A DNA stretch of 64,000 bases from an uncultured Actinomycetota bacterium (GTDB taxonomy: Bacteria > Actinomycetota > Actinomycetes > Streptosporangiales > Streptosporangiaceae), in contig CAVSRG010000002.1 in the NCBI GenBank assembly GCA_963730265.1, positions 377,884 to 441,883 of the forward strand. The letters run 5' to 3'. The translations under genes were made by a program, and so were the position numbers. This document shows positions 1-9,989 of this stretch, piece after piece. The stretch's first letter is position 1. Each line of letters opens with the position of its first letter. The notes under the pieces are model-generated. The model did no database searches, had not been told where the DNA came from, and saw nothing but the letters and a program-made list of their open reading frames with translations.

Positions 1-856
1 AGGACGGGATGCCGCCGCCGTCGGTCTCGGCGTTGATGTAGGGGCCCGGCCTGGCGATGACGTACAGCCCGGCGAGCTGGGCCATGTTCAGGAACTCGTT
101 CATGTCCCGGACGCCGCCGAAGTCGTAGACGCCGGGCGAGGGCGAGGTGTAGTCCCAGTCGAAGTAGACGGTGACGGCGTCGTAGCCGTCGGCCTTCATC
201 TTCTGGAGGTCATCCAGCCACAGCGAGGGCGACGGCGTCCGCCAGGGGTCGAACTCCCCGGCGGTGATGAACGCCCGCTTGCCGCCGATGAGGACCGAGT
301 ACTGGTCGTAGCTGACCTGCTGCGGCTGGCCCAGCAGCACGTGCCGGGGGGCCGCGATCTGGGCCGGGGTGACGCTGCCGGAGGCGGCGGCCGGACCGGA
401 GCCACCGGCGGTGTTGGCCGTGACCGTGAAGCTGTAGCTGGTCCCGTTGCTGAGGCCGTCGATGATGGCCCAGTCGTTGGGCACCCTGGCCGTGACGCTC
501 TGGCCGCCCGACGAGGTGACGGTGTAGCTGACCACCGAGCTGGCCCCGGTGGCAGGCGGGCACCACACGACAGTGGCCGAGGACTGCCCGCCGATCGCGT
601 GCACGTCGGCGGGAGCGCCGATGGTCCCCGAGCCGGCCCCGGCGACCGAGGCGGCCGGGCAGGAGGCGTCGCTCCCCGACGAGGTCACCGGCGGGCCGCC
701 CTGACGGCCCGTGCTCGCCGCGCTGGCCGTCTGCGCCGCGCCCGTGGTCGCCGGAGCTGCCCGGGCGGCCGGGGCAGGCAATGTGAGCGCAACCATCGCC
801 GCCGCCGCGGCACCCGCCAGCCACATGTGTCGCACCAGGGCCTGCCGTCTCATCAT
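1..856 (-). CDS. Secreted beta-galactosidase, GH35 family, with N-terminal Fn3 domain (3' end outside window)
   Basis: Absent from the ORF track because it runs off the window edge. Reverse translation from ATG 856/853 gives the signal peptide MMRRQALVRHMWLAGAAAAAMVALTLPAPAARA. An Fn3-like block follows (VVSYTVTSSGG...NGTSYSFTVTA). GH35 N-terminal motifs come next: LIGGKRAFITAGEFDPWR, LQKMKADGYDAVTVYFDW, GVYDFGG, LYVIARPGPYINAETDGGG. Confidence 0.8.
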   Translation of the reverse strand, partial: MMRRQALVRHMWLAGAAAAAMVALTLPAPAARAAPATTGAAQTASAASTGRQGGPPVTSSGSDASCPAASVAGAGSGTIGAPADVHAIGGQSSATVVWCPPATGASSVVSYTVTSSGGQSVTARVPNDWAIIDGLSNGTSYSFTVTANTAGGSGPAAASGSVTPAQIAAPRHVLLGQPQQVSYDQYSVLIGGKRAFITAGEFDPWRTPSPSLWLDDLQKMKADGYDAVTVYFDWDYTSPSPGVYDFGGVRDMNEFLNMAQLAGLYVIARPGPYINAETDGGGIPS

Positions 857-1061
857 CGGTGACCACCCGGGGTCGGCCAACAGATCTCACCCCCGAGATC
901 AGACCTTTCGGGCAATCGTGTCAAGACAATACGGTCGATTTCCCGAAATAATTACGGTCGGTGATCCCCTCGCGGATGGCGAGCGGACGAGAGCCGGGCA
1001 AGTTACCCTGAGGTGGTGCCATCCGGACTGTCGGGACCGGGCTGTCGGGACAGGAGGCGCC

Positions 1062-1973
1062 ATGACCGCGCCGCCCAGGGGAAGTGATCCCTCGAGCCCG
1101 CCCGCGCCGCCGGCCGACGAGACGGGCGGTCGGCCCAGCTGGGCGCCCGCGGGGGTCGACACCCGGCGGGCCAACGTGGCCCGGGTGTATGACTACCTGC
1201 TCGGCGGCAGCCACAATTTCCTGGCCGACCAGGACGCGGGCCGGGCCATCGCGTCGGTCGAGCCCAATATGCGCGAGGCGGCCAGGGCCAACCGAGCGTT
1301 CCTGGGCCGGGCGGTGCGGTTCCTGAGCCAGGCGGGCATCCGCCAGTTCCTGGACATCGGCTCGGGCATCCCGACCCAGGGCAACGTGCACGAGGTCGCC
1401 CAGCAGGCTGACCCCGGCGCCAGGGTCGTCTACGTCGACGTGGACCCGGTGGCCATCGCGCACAGCAAGGCCATCCTGGCCGGGCGCGAGAACGCGGCCA
1501 TCGTGGACGCCGACCTGCGTGACCCCGGGCGGATCCTGGGCCACCCCGGCACTCGCGGACTGATCGACTTCAGCCAGCCGGTCGGCTTGCTGCTCGTGGC
1601 CGTCCTGCATTTCATCGCCGACGCCGACAACCCCCGGCACCTGGTGGCCACCCTGCGCGACGCACTGGCCCCCGGCAGCTATCTCGTGCTGTGCCACGGC
1701 ACCGATGAGGCCAAGCCCGCGGTGGCGCAGGCCGCCGAGAAGGTCTACAACCGCAGCGTGGCCGCGCACGCCAAGCTCCGCTCGCGAGCGGAGATCCAGC
1801 GGTTCTTCGACGGCTTCGAGCTCGTCGAGCCGGGGCTGGCCTACCTGTCTGAGTGGCGGCCGGACTCCCCGGCCGACGTGCCCAGCGAGCCGGGCCAGGC
1901 ACTGGGGCCTGGTCGGCGTCGGGCGCAAGCCCGCCTAGCGGAAAAGTCCCATAGGAGACCTGGCCCGAAATAG
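1062..1973 (+). CDS. SAM-dependent methyltransferase, DUF574 (Methyltransf_19) family; probable 1-nt indel near the 3' end
   Basis: Lies in the frame of ORF 711..1973, starting at ATG 1062 after GGAGG. Family motifs: ANVARVYDYLLGGSHNF, FLDIGSGIPT, VVYVDVDP, LLLVAVLHF. Paralogous to 11145..11966 and 30350..31171. The family C-terminus (HWGLVGVGRKPA-stop) appears in the +1 frame ending at 1938, which implies an indel at GGG 1892-1894. Confidence 0.85.
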   Translation: MTAPPRGSDPSSPPAPPADETGGRPSWAPAGVDTRRANVARVYDYLLGGSHNFLADQDAGRAIASVEPNMREAARANRAFLGRAVRFLSQAGIRQFLDIGSGIPTQGNVHEVAQQADPGARVVYVDVDPVAIAHSKAILAGRENAAIVDADLRDPGRILGHPGTRGLIDFSQPVGLLLVAVLHFIADADNPRHLVATLRDALAPGSYLVLCHGTDEAKPAVAQAAEKVYNRSVAAHAKLRSRAEIQRFFDGFELVEPGLAYLSEWRPDSPADVPSEPGQALGPGRRRAQARLAEKSHRRPGPK

Positions 1974-2157
1974 CTAACTACGTGCTGCTCTTGGCGACAT
2001 TCAATATCTAATCCGCTGATTGGGATGATAACGTCACGCGCGGAAGCGCCATGACGCCGGCGGCGCGGGTCCGTGACCGCCGGGTGATCGCCCGAGGAGC
2101 CCGACCCTGAAACCCCGTTTCGCGCGCCCCCGACGGGGCCAGCTCACCACGCTCAGT

Positions 2158-5100
2158 ATGACCGCAGGCATGACCGCAGGCATCACCGCCGGCGTCGTCC
2201 TGATCGGCTCGCTCCTCGGGCCAGGGACGGCTGCGGCCCGGAACACCACGGCGGCGGGCGCCGCCCAGGTCGCCGATCCGGCCGCGCTGGTTAACCCGTT
2301 CATCGGCACGACCAACAACGCCAACGACTTCCCCGGGCCCGACGTCCCGTTCGGCATGGTGCAGTGGAGCCCGGACACGACCTCGAATCCGGACGGCGGG
2401 GGCTACAAGTACTCCGACGGCCGGATCACCGGCTTCGCCCTGACCCACCTGGCCGGGGTGGGCTGCAAGGCGGAGACCGACGTATCGGTGCTGCCGACGG
2501 TCGGCGCGGTGCACACCTCGGCCACCGTGGGGTTCAAGCACTCCGGCGAGTCGGCCGACGCGGGCTTCTACAAGGTGGCCCTGGGCAACGGCGTCAACAC
2601 TCAGCTCACCGCGACCACCCGGACCGGGATGGGCAGCTTCGGCTTCCCCACGGGGGCCAGGTCCAACCTGGTCTTCAAGCTGGACTCGAGCCAGAAGGGC
2701 GACAGCCGGACCAGCTTCAAGGTGGTGAGCAAGGACGAAGTCCAGGGCGCGATCAGCACCGGCGACTTCTGCTACTCCGGTAACCACTACACCCTGTACT
2801 TCGACATGCGGTTCAACCAGAAGTTCCACGGCAGCGGGACGTTCCGGGGCGGGGTGCTGCGAGCCGGGGCCAGGAACCTGCGGGCCCGCGCGACCGGCCC
2901 GGCGGTCGCCCACCACACTCCCGGCAGCGCCCCCGAGGCGGCCAACCGCCCCACCTACCATGGGCCGCTGCCCGGCGGACGGCAGGGCGGGGTGGCCCCG
3001 GCGCTGCGCGGCCCGGTCGGCGCCTACGTGACCTTCACCACCAAGCGCGGCACGCCGCTGCTGGCCAAGGTCGGGATCTCCTACGTGTCGGCCTCCGACG
3101 CAAGCCAGAACCTGACCAGGGAGAACCCCGGCTGGAACTTCGCCACCATCCAGAACCAGGCCACCGCGGCCTGGAACGCCCAGCTCAACAAGATCCAGAT
3201 CACCGGCGGGACCAGCGCGCAGCAGCAGATCTTCTACACCGCCCTGTACCACGCGCTGCTGTTCCCCAGCGTGTTCAGCGACGTGAACGGCCACTACACG
3301 GGCGTGGACGGTCGCGTCCACACGGTGGACCCGCGGCACGGGGCCTACTACACCAACCTGTCCGGCTGGGACATCTACCGGACCCAGGCCCAGCTCGAGG
3401 CGCTGCTCGATCCGTCGGTGGCCGGGGACGTGGCCCAGTCGATGGTGGACGTCTACCACCAGAGCGGCCAGCTGCCCAAGTGGATCGAGGACAACAGCGA
3501 GGCCTACATCATGGTCGGCGACCCGGCCGACTCGATCCTGGCCGACTACTACGCGTTCGGCGTGCGGAACTTCAACACCGCCCAGGCGCTGACCGCCATG
3601 GTCCACGACGCCACCAAGACGACCAGGGTCCGGCCCGGCGGGCACTACCTGGCCCGGCCCGGCTACCTGCCCGAGAACGGCAGCTATGGCTGCTGCAACT
3701 TCTACGGACCGGTGTCCAGCACGCTCGAGTACAACACGGCCGACTTCGCGCTGTCCGCCTTCGCGGGCGCGCTGGGCAACTCCGCCGACCAGCACCAGTT
3801 CGCGGACCGGGCCCAGGACTGGTGGAACATGCTGAACCCGAACAGCGGGTTCGACCAGCCGCGGGAGGCCAACGGCACCTTCGCCGGCAACTTCAGCCCG
3901 GCCAGCGCGCCGCTCGTGGCCGCCCCTGGTTTCGTCGAGGGCGACTCGTGGATCTACACCGGGATGGTGCCGTTCAACGTCGCCGGGCTGGCCGCGGCCA
4001 AGGGCGGCGACGCCGCGTTCGCCACCTACCTGAACACCGTGCTGAGCAGCTTCAAGAACGCCAACGGCTACGGCTACGTGGGCAACGAGCCCAGCATCGA
4101 GCTGCCCTGGGAGTACGACTACGTCGGGCAGCCCTGGAAGACCCAGCAGACCGTGCGGAATGTCGAGGACCAGATCTGGGCCGACAGCCCCGGCGGCCTG
4201 GCCGACGGGAACGACGACCTGGGCACGATGAGCGCCTGGTACGTCTGGTCAGCCCTGGGCATGTACCCGATGACGCCCGGCACCTCGACGCTGGCCCTGG
4301 GCTCGCCGCTGTTCACGACGGCCGTGGTCACGCTGCCGTCGGGCGGCACGCTGACTATCGACGGCAACGGCGCCGCCACCAATGCCCCCTACGTGCAGTC
4401 GGCGACCTGGAACGGCGGGGCCTGGAACGACGCCTACGCGCCCGCCGGGATGACCAGCACCGGCGGCACGCTGAGTTACACCCTGGGCACCACGCCGGAC
4501 ACCAGCTGGGCGTCGGCTCCGTCGCAGGCCCCGCCGTCCTACGGCGGCAACGTGGTGGCCCCGCCGCAGCCCGCGGTCGGGGCGGTCCCCTCCGGCCTGT
4601 CGTCGAGCCTGTGCCTGAACGTCAGGTTCCCGGTCTCCAAGAAGACCAGCGCGGTGGGCACCTGGACCTGCAACGGGACCGGGGCCGAGCAGTGGACGCG
4701 CGGCACCGACGGCACGGTGCGCGCGCTGGGCAAGTGCCTGGACGTCCACAACGGCGGCACCAAGAACGGCACCCCGGTGGACCTGTTCACCTGCAACGGC
4801 AGCCGCGCCCAGCAGTGGGCCGCCCGCAGCGGCACCCTGTACAACGCCCAGGCCAATAAGTGCCTGACCATCCCCGGCGCGTCCACCAAGCCGGGCACCG
4901 CGCTCTCGCTGCTGACCTGCGGCACGCAGAAGGCGGAGCAGTGGGCGCTGCCGGTCTCGGCCAACCCGCGCGCCGGGACCCTGGTCTCGGCCGAGACCGC
5001 GGCGCTGTGCCTGGTCGACACCGGCGGGCAGACCAAGAACGGCACGCCAGTCGAGGCCGCGACCTGCAACACCAGCTCGGCTCAGCACTGGACGGTGGCG

Positions 5101-5358
5101 CCGGACGGCACGCTGCGGGTCAACGGCCGGTGCATGGACGTGCACAACAGCGGCACCAAGAGCGGCACCGCGGTCGACCTGTACACCTGTAACGGCACCC
5201 GCGCCCAGCAGTGGCTGGCCACCACGGGCGGCCAGCTGGTCAGCCCGTACTCCGGGCTGTGCCTGGCCCTGCCGAGCGCCGCGGCCAAGCCGGGGACCAA
5301 GCTCCAGGTGTCGGGCTGCAAGAGCGAGGCCAGCGAGCACTGGACACTGCCCGCCTGA
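2158..5358 (+). CDS. Secreted GH92 alpha-mannosidase with two C-terminal ricin-B (CBM13) lectin domains
   Basis: 1066-aa ORF with a hydrophobic N-terminus. GH92 signatures: NPFIGTTNNANDFPGPDVPFGMVQWSPDT, SGWDIYRTQ, DDLGTMSAWYVWSALGMYP. The last ~270 aa form two beta-trefoils with six (Q/E/H)xW repeats: AEQW, AQQW, AEQW, AQHW, AQQW, SEHW. Confidence 0.9.
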   Translation: MTAGMTAGITAGVVLIGSLLGPGTAAARNTTAAGAAQVADPAALVNPFIGTTNNANDFPGPDVPFGMVQWSPDTTSNPDGGGYKYSDGRITGFALTHLAGVGCKAETDVSVLPTVGAVHTSATVGFKHSGESADAGFYKVALGNGVNTQLTATTRTGMGSFGFPTGARSNLVFKLDSSQKGDSRTSFKVVSKDEVQGAISTGDFCYSGNHYTLYFDMRFNQKFHGSGTFRGGVLRAGARNLRARATGPAVAHHTPGSAPEAANRPTYHGPLPGGRQGGVAPALRGPVGAYVTFTTKRGTPLLAKVGISYVSASDASQNLTRENPGWNFATIQNQATAAWNAQLNKIQITGGTSAQQQIFYTALYHALLFPSVFSDVNGHYTGVDGRVHTVDPRHGAYYTNLSGWDIYRTQAQLEALLDPSVAGDVAQSMVDVYHQSGQLPKWIEDNSEAYIMVGDPADSILADYYAFGVRNFNTAQALTAMVHDATKTTRVRPGGHYLARPGYLPENGSYGCCNFYGPVSSTLEYNTADFALSAFAGALGNSADQHQFADRAQDWWNMLNPNSGFDQPREANGTFAGNFSPASAPLVAAPGFVEGDSWIYTGMVPFNVAGLAAAKGGDAAFATYLNTVLSSFKNANGYGYVGNEPSIELPWEYDYVGQPWKTQQTVRNVEDQIWADSPGGLADGNDDLGTMSAWYVWSALGMYPMTPGTSTLALGSPLFTTAVVTLPSGGTLTIDGNGAATNAPYVQSATWNGGAWNDAYAPAGMTSTGGTLSYTLGTTPDTSWASAPSQAPPSYGGNVVAPPQPAVGAVPSGLSSSLCLNVRFPVSKKTSAVGTWTCNGTGAEQWTRGTDGTVRALGKCLDVHNGGTKNGTPVDLFTCNGSRAQQWAARSGTLYNAQANKCLTIPGASTKPGTALSLLTCGTQKAEQWALPVSANPRAGTLVSAETAALCLVDTGGQTKNGTPVEAATCNTSSAQHWTVAPDGTLRVNGRCMDVHNSGTKSGTAVDLYTCNGTRAQQWLATTGGQLVSPYSGLCLALPSAAAKPGTKLQVSGCKSEASEHWTLPA

Positions 5359-5366
5359 CCCGGCTG

Positions 5367-7019
5367 CTACGGGCGGATCCGGGCCAGGACCAGGGTGATG
5401 TCGTCCTCGCCGTGCTGGCCCATGGCCCTGGTGACCGCCTCGCAGGCGTCGTCCAGCGGCACCGCCGGGTCGGCCAGAGCGGTGCGCAGCGCCTTCTGCA
5501 GCGCCTCCAGCCCGTCGTCCAGCGGCTGGGCCCGGCTCTCCACCAGCCCGTCGGTGTACAGGGCCAGGGTGGCCCCCGGCGGCAGACTAACGAGGGTGGA
5601 CTCGAAGGTCTCGGCACCCAGGCCGAGCGGGAGGCCCGGCGGCAGCTCCAGCACCTGGGTCTCGCCGCTGGCCAGCACCAGTACCGGGGGCAGGTGCCCG
5701 GCCTGCGCGGTCACGCACGAGCTGGTGGCGGGGTCGATGACGGTATAGATGCAGGTCGCGAACGGCGAGATTAGCCCGGCCGCCATCCGGTCCAGCCGGG
5801 CCAGCACCCGCTCCGGGGCCAGCTCCAAGTCGGCCAGCGTGTGCGCGGCGGTGCGCAGCTGGACCATGACCGCCGCAGCCTCCGGGCCATGGCCCATGGC
5901 GTCGCCGACCACCAGCGCGGCCTTGCCGCTGGGCAGCGTCACGATGTCGTGCCAGTCGCCGCCGACCACGCTGCCGCCCACGCCCACGTAGCAGCGGGCG
6001 ACCTCCATGCCCGCCGGCACGTCGGGCTGGCCGGGCAGCATGCCCCGCTGGAGCGCCTGCGCGGTCCGGCGCTCCCGGTCATACAGCCGGGCGTTGTCGA
6101 TGCAGACCGCGGCTCGCGAGGCCAGCTCGCCGGCGGCGGCGATATCGGCCGGGCCGAACGGCGAGCTGCTGGAGGCCCGCCCGAACGTGGCACAGCCCAG
6201 CACCGCCCCGCGGGCGATCAGCGGCACGGCCAGCCATGAGGTAAAGCTGCCCACCAGGTCCTCGCCGCCGGGATGGCGGGCGATCCGCTCGGCGGTCTCG
6301 TCGTCCAGCTGGTCGAACAGCATCGGGGTGCTGGTCGTCATGGCCCGGTAGGACGGCGAGCCCTCGGCGAAGACCACGACCTCGCCCGGCCGCAGCAGGC
6401 CCTCGGTGACCGCCGCCGGATGCCCGGACAGGCGCGCTGCCAGCCGCCGGAGCACCGCCCCGTGCCCGGCCCGCGGCGAGGCGAACTCGTCGGCCACCAG
6501 CAGCCGCTCGGCCACGAAGATGGCGGACGCGTCGGCGAAGCCCGGCACGGCCACGTCCACCGCCTCATTGGCCGTGGTGCTGAGGTCCAGCGTCGTGCCG
6601 ATCCGGGCCGCCGCCTCGCTGAGCCAGCCGGGGTCGGGCTGCTGCGCCGCGACCTGCGCGATGACCAGCGCGCCGGGGCCGGCGCCGACCAGCGGCTCGC
6701 AGCGCAGCGCGATGGGGCCACTCTCTAATGGCAGCGTCGCGGTCCACACCCGGCCCGCCGCGACCTCGGCCAGAGCCTGGTCGGCGAGCTGGCGCTGGCC
6801 GGGACTGGTCAGCAGGACGTCGCACACGTGCCGCCCGGCCACCGCGCCCACCGGGTGCCCGAACACTCGGGTGGCGGTCAGCGACCAGGTAGCCACCCGG
6901 CCCGCTGAGTCCAGGGTGAACGTGGCGAGGCCAGCCAGGTTAGGCTCGCGCCGGCGCGGCAGCCTGGGCCTGCCGTCCCCGGAAACCTGTGACTCCGACT
7001 CCACCGGTGCCTGCACCAA
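5367..7019 (-). CDS. PAS-GAF-PP2C (SpoIIE family) protein serine/threonine phosphatase
   Basis: 550-aa ORF. The C-terminal half carries PP2C/SpoIIE motifs (GGDWHDIV, LVVGDAMGHGPEAA, LALYTDGLVE, EDDITLVLARI). A GAF-like middle domain and a PAS-like N-terminus precede it. Confidence 0.85.
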   Translation of the reverse strand: MVQAPVESESQVSGDGRPRLPRRREPNLAGLATFTLDSAGRVATWSLTATRVFGHPVGAVAGRHVCDVLLTSPGQRQLADQALAEVAAGRVWTATLPLESGPIALRCEPLVGAGPGALVIAQVAAQQPDPGWLSEAAARIGTTLDLSTTANEAVDVAVPGFADASAIFVAERLLVADEFASPRAGHGAVLRRLAARLSGHPAAVTEGLLRPGEVVVFAEGSPSYRAMTTSTPMLFDQLDDETAERIARHPGGEDLVGSFTSWLAVPLIARGAVLGCATFGRASSSSPFGPADIAAAGELASRAAVCIDNARLYDRERRTAQALQRGMLPGQPDVPAGMEVARCYVGVGGSVVGGDWHDIVTLPSGKAALVVGDAMGHGPEAAAVMVQLRTAAHTLADLELAPERVLARLDRMAAGLISPFATCIYTVIDPATSSCVTAQAGHLPPVLVLASGETQVLELPPGLPLGLGAETFESTLVSLPPGATLALYTDGLVESRAQPLDDGLEALQKALRTALADPAVPLDDACEAVTRAMGQHGEDDITLVLARIRP

Positions 7020-7123
7020 CCTCGACGACGCGGCTACGCGGGTATATCGCGCAAAAAAGAAACGTATCGCATCATGGGTGCCGAATTAAGCACTACGCCA
7101 TCCAGGTTGCTCGGAAAAGTCGG

Positions 7124-7933
7124 TTACCGGACGCCGCCCAGGCGGAACCACTGCAGCTTCATGCCCTTGCCGCCGGCCCAGATCTCGAACCCGGCGTGCA
7201 GCGAGTCGAGCCAGTAGCCCTGGTGGATGAGGTGCAGTCGCTTGAGCACCCGGAAGAACGGCAGCAGCGGCAGGTGACGGAGGTCGCCCCGGCCGGGCAC
7301 GGCCCGGAAGATGATCAGTGGCCAGGTGATCTTCGGGTCGGTCAGCGACCGGGTCCTCCAGTAGACCAGGTGCCAGCGGCGGCCATCCACCCGGATGTTG
7401 CCCGCCGGCTTACCGAACCCGTGGGCGTTCGGCCAGATCATGACCTCGGCGCCGGTGACGATGCCGGTCTTCTGCTCGCGGCGGCTCAGCCACATGTCGA
7501 TGTTGGCGTCCCACTTGCCCCTGGACGGGAGCTTGGCGAAGTAGGACACCCACGGGTGCTTCATGCGGAACACCCGGGCCGGCAGGGTGGTGCCGTGGTC
7601 GCAGGTGTTGTAGGAGCACCCGGCGAACAGGTTCGGGTAGGCGTCGGACTCGCTGCCGTAGGTGCGGGCGCGCGAGGCAGTCACCGCGAAGTCGGGGCCG
7701 GTGCGGTAGTGGGTGATGCAGATCGGCGCGGCACCCGGGTAGAAGTCGTTGTTCTTGAGTACGTACTGACCCCACGGGCCGTCCACGTGGATGTGCTGGC
7801 CGGCCTGGCACATCTTCATCTGGCCCCCGCCGCCGGGGACGATGGAGCCCACCGCCTGGGTGGCCGCCAGCGCAGGCAGCAGGCCGGCCAGCAGGCCCGC
7901 CGCCAAGATGCCCCCGAGAATCTTGCGCTTCAT
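7124..7933 (-). CDS. Secreted GH12-like endoglucanase
   Basis: Lies in ORF 7124..8026, with the ATG at 7933 preceded by GAGGAG. Signal peptide: MKRKILGGILAAGLLAGLLPALA. GH12-type motifs: DANIDMWL, AEVMIWPN (nucleophile Glu) and HAGFEIW (acid/base Glu). Confidence 0.65.
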   Translation of the reverse strand: MKRKILGGILAAGLLAGLLPALAATQAVGSIVPGGGGQMKMCQAGQHIHVDGPWGQYVLKNNDFYPGAAPICITHYRTGPDFAVTASRARTYGSESDAYPNLFAGCSYNTCDHGTTLPARVFRMKHPWVSYFAKLPSRGKWDANIDMWLSRREQKTGIVTGAEVMIWPNAHGFGKPAGNIRVDGRRWHLVYWRTRSLTDPKITWPLIIFRAVPGRGDLRHLPLLPFFRVLKRLHLIHQGYWLDSLHAGFEIWAGGKGMKLQWFRLGGVR

Positions 7934-8225
7934 TGCCCGGAATCTCCTCGTACCAGTCGCAGTGAGTGGCCCCAATACGAAACCCCGAGCCGGAGCCGCC
8001 TGCCCTGGCCGCCCCCGCTCGTCCATGTTCGGCCCGGTCGCGTAGCAACCGTCACCAGCGCCTCACATTAGTTCTGTTCCCGCCATTTCGCCCGGCGAAT
8101 ACATGGCCTAATCGTGAACTTTCGCGCGGGCAGGCAACAAGGGCGTACGAGACCCGGAATTGACCTGGGCTGATGACTCACAGTCGATCTTCCGGCATCC
8201 CGATTACCTGACTAGAGTCAGAGGT

Positions 8226-9143
8226 ATGCACGGGATGGACGCGGACATGATCACTCAGGTCAGGCGGTTCAACCGGACGGTCACGCAGCGGGCCGGCGCG
8301 CTGAGCGATGAGTTCCTGGCCCGCGAGCGCCCGCTCGGGCAGGCCCGGGTGCTGTGGGAGATCGGCCCGGACGGCTGCGACGTCCGGCGCCTGCGGGCCC
8401 GGCTGGACCTGGACTCGGGGTACCTAAGCCGGCTGCTGCGGGCCCTGGAGGGCGACGGGCTGGTCGCGGTCGAGGCGAGCCCGGCCGACCGGCGAGTGCG
8501 CACGGCCCGGCTGACCCGCGCCGGGCGGGCCGAGCGGGCGGAGCTTGACCGGCGCTCCGACGAGGTCGCCGCCGCGCTGCTCGCGCCGCTCAGCGCGGGC
8601 CAGCGCGGCAGGCTCGTCGCCGCGATGGCCGACGTGGAGCGGCTGCTGCTGGCCTCGGCCGTCCAGGTCGCGCCCTGCGACCCGCGCCACCCCGACGCCC
8701 GGTTCTGCGTGCGGGCCTATTTCAGTGAGCTAGCCCAGCGGTTCGAGAGCGGCTTCGACCCCGCGCAGAGCCTCCCGGCGGACGACGACGAGCTGACTCC
8801 GCCCGCCGGCGTGCTGCTGGTCGCCCGCCTGCACGATCAGCCCGTGGGCTGTGCCGCGCTCAAGTTCCACGACGGCCAGCCGGCCGAGATCAAGCGGATG
8901 TGGGTGGCGCCCCAGGCCCGCGGCCTCGGCCTGGGCCGGCGGCTGCTGGACGAGGTCGAGGCCGCGGCCGCCGCCCGGCGGGTGACCACCCTGCGGCTGG
9001 AGACCAACCGGGCGCTGACCGAGGCCATCGGCCTGTACCGGGCGGCCGGGTACCGCGAGGTGGCCGCGTTCAACCGCGAGCCCTACGCCCACCACTGGTT
9101 CGAGAAGAAACTCAGTCCAGCGGGCTCAGGCCCGCCGCGGTGA
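8226..9143 (+). CDS. MarR-type HTH / GNAT N-acetyltransferase fusion protein
   Basis: ORF 8160..9143, with a likely ATG at 8226. The N-terminal MarR-like winged helix reads RRFNRTVTQRAGAL...LSRLLRALEGDGLV. The C-terminal GNAT acetyl-CoA motif reads RMWVAPQARGLGLGRRLL...YRAAGY. Confidence 0.85.
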   Translation: MHGMDADMITQVRRFNRTVTQRAGALSDEFLARERPLGQARVLWEIGPDGCDVRRLRARLDLDSGYLSRLLRALEGDGLVAVEASPADRRVRTARLTRAGRAERAELDRRSDEVAAALLAPLSAGQRGRLVAAMADVERLLLASAVQVAPCDPRHPDARFCVRAYFSELAQRFESGFDPAQSLPADDDELTPPAGVLLVARLHDQPVGCAALKFHDGQPAEIKRMWVAPQARGLGLGRRLLDEVEAAAAARRVTTLRLETNRALTEAIGLYRAAGYREVAAFNREPYAHHWFEKKLSPAGSGPPR

Positions 9144-9864
9144 GCAGGTAAGAGCGCTTGTCCTGGCCTGAATCCACGACCAGGCCGGTGATCGCCTGGC
9201 CGGCGATCTCCGGGGTGACCACCGGGCCGAGGTCGCGGATGTAGCTGTCCAGGTCGGCGCCTGCCCGCCGCGCGTAGGCGGCCACCGCGGCCGCGCCGAG
9301 GTCGGTGGCCGGGGTGAGCTGCGGGAGCACGGCGGCGAACCGGATGCCCAGACCGGCGCGCTCGGCCTCCGCGGCGGCGTAGGCGCTGATGAAGGCGACC
9401 GTGGCCTTGGCCCCGGCGTAGCCGCCGGACAGCGGCGAGCCGCGCCGGGCGGCCCCGCTGGACATGGCGACCACCGTGCTGCCGGGCGGCAGCGGGCGCA
9501 GCAGCGCCTCCCTGGTCCAGTGGAAGACCTGCTGGACGTCCACCTCCCAGTTGCGGCTGAAGGTCTGCCAGGTGTGCTGGTGCAGCGGGCGGGACAGCGG
9601 TGCCGCACCGGCCGCCAGGACCAGCACGCCGGGCTGGTAGACGTCGATGAGGTGGCCGGCCACCACCGGGTCGGCCGCGTCCGCGGCGACCGGGGTGAGC
9701 CGGTCACCGAGCTGCTCGCGCAGTTCCGCCAGCCGCGCGGCGTCCCTGGCCACGCCGACGACCTGCGCGCCCGCCTCGGCCAGGGCGACCGAGATGCCGC
9801 GGCCCAGGCCCCGGCTGGCCCCGGTGACCAGCGCGGTCGTACCAGAAAGCGGTTCAGTTGACAT
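9112..9864 (-). CDS. SDR family oxidoreductase
   Basis: Lies in ORF 9112..9918, with MSTEPLSG starting at 9864. It has the Rossmann motif TALVTGASRGLGRGI and later the SGGYAGAKA (YxxxK-type) region. Its 3' end overlaps the convergent gene 8226..9143 by 32 bp. Confidence 0.85.
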   Translation of the reverse strand: MSTEPLSGTTALVTGASRGLGRGISVALAEAGAQVVGVARDAARLAELREQLGDRLTPVAADAADPVVAGHLIDVYQPGVLVLAAGAAPLSRPLHQHTWQTFSRNWEVDVQQVFHWTREALLRPLPPGSTVVAMSSGAARRGSPLSGGYAGAKATVAFISAYAAAEAERAGLGIRFAAVLPQLTPATDLGAAAVAAYARRAGADLDSYIRDLGPVVTPEIAGQAITGLVVDSGQDKRSYLLTAAGLSPLD

Positions 9865-9989
9865 CGGAAGCTCCTTCGCTGTGATCCAGTGCTCGCGGTT
9901 CCGCCCTTGGTCCCGCACCTAGTCAGATCCGGGCCGAGCACCGAAATCACCGCCGATGAGTTCTGCGGCCGGGCGGTGTCTGTACTGGT

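Noticed and set aside
2850-2990. The Arg-rich insert in GH92, suspected to be a compensating double frameshift like the one in the kinase.
   Set aside because: Translating the other two frames gives worse junk, one of them with a stop. The annotated frame is continuous with conserved blocks on both sides.
2008-3795. A 595-aa ORF antisense to the GH92 gene. Similar very long antisense or alternate-frame ORFs occur at 15735..17618, 17860..19617, 20586..22094, 39776..41557, 57139..59424 and 62125..63798.
   Set aside because: These have Arg/Gly/Pro/Ala-dominated, motif-free translations, typical of stop-poor non-coding frames in about 70% GC DNA. Each overlaps a gene with clear family motifs on the other strand or frame.
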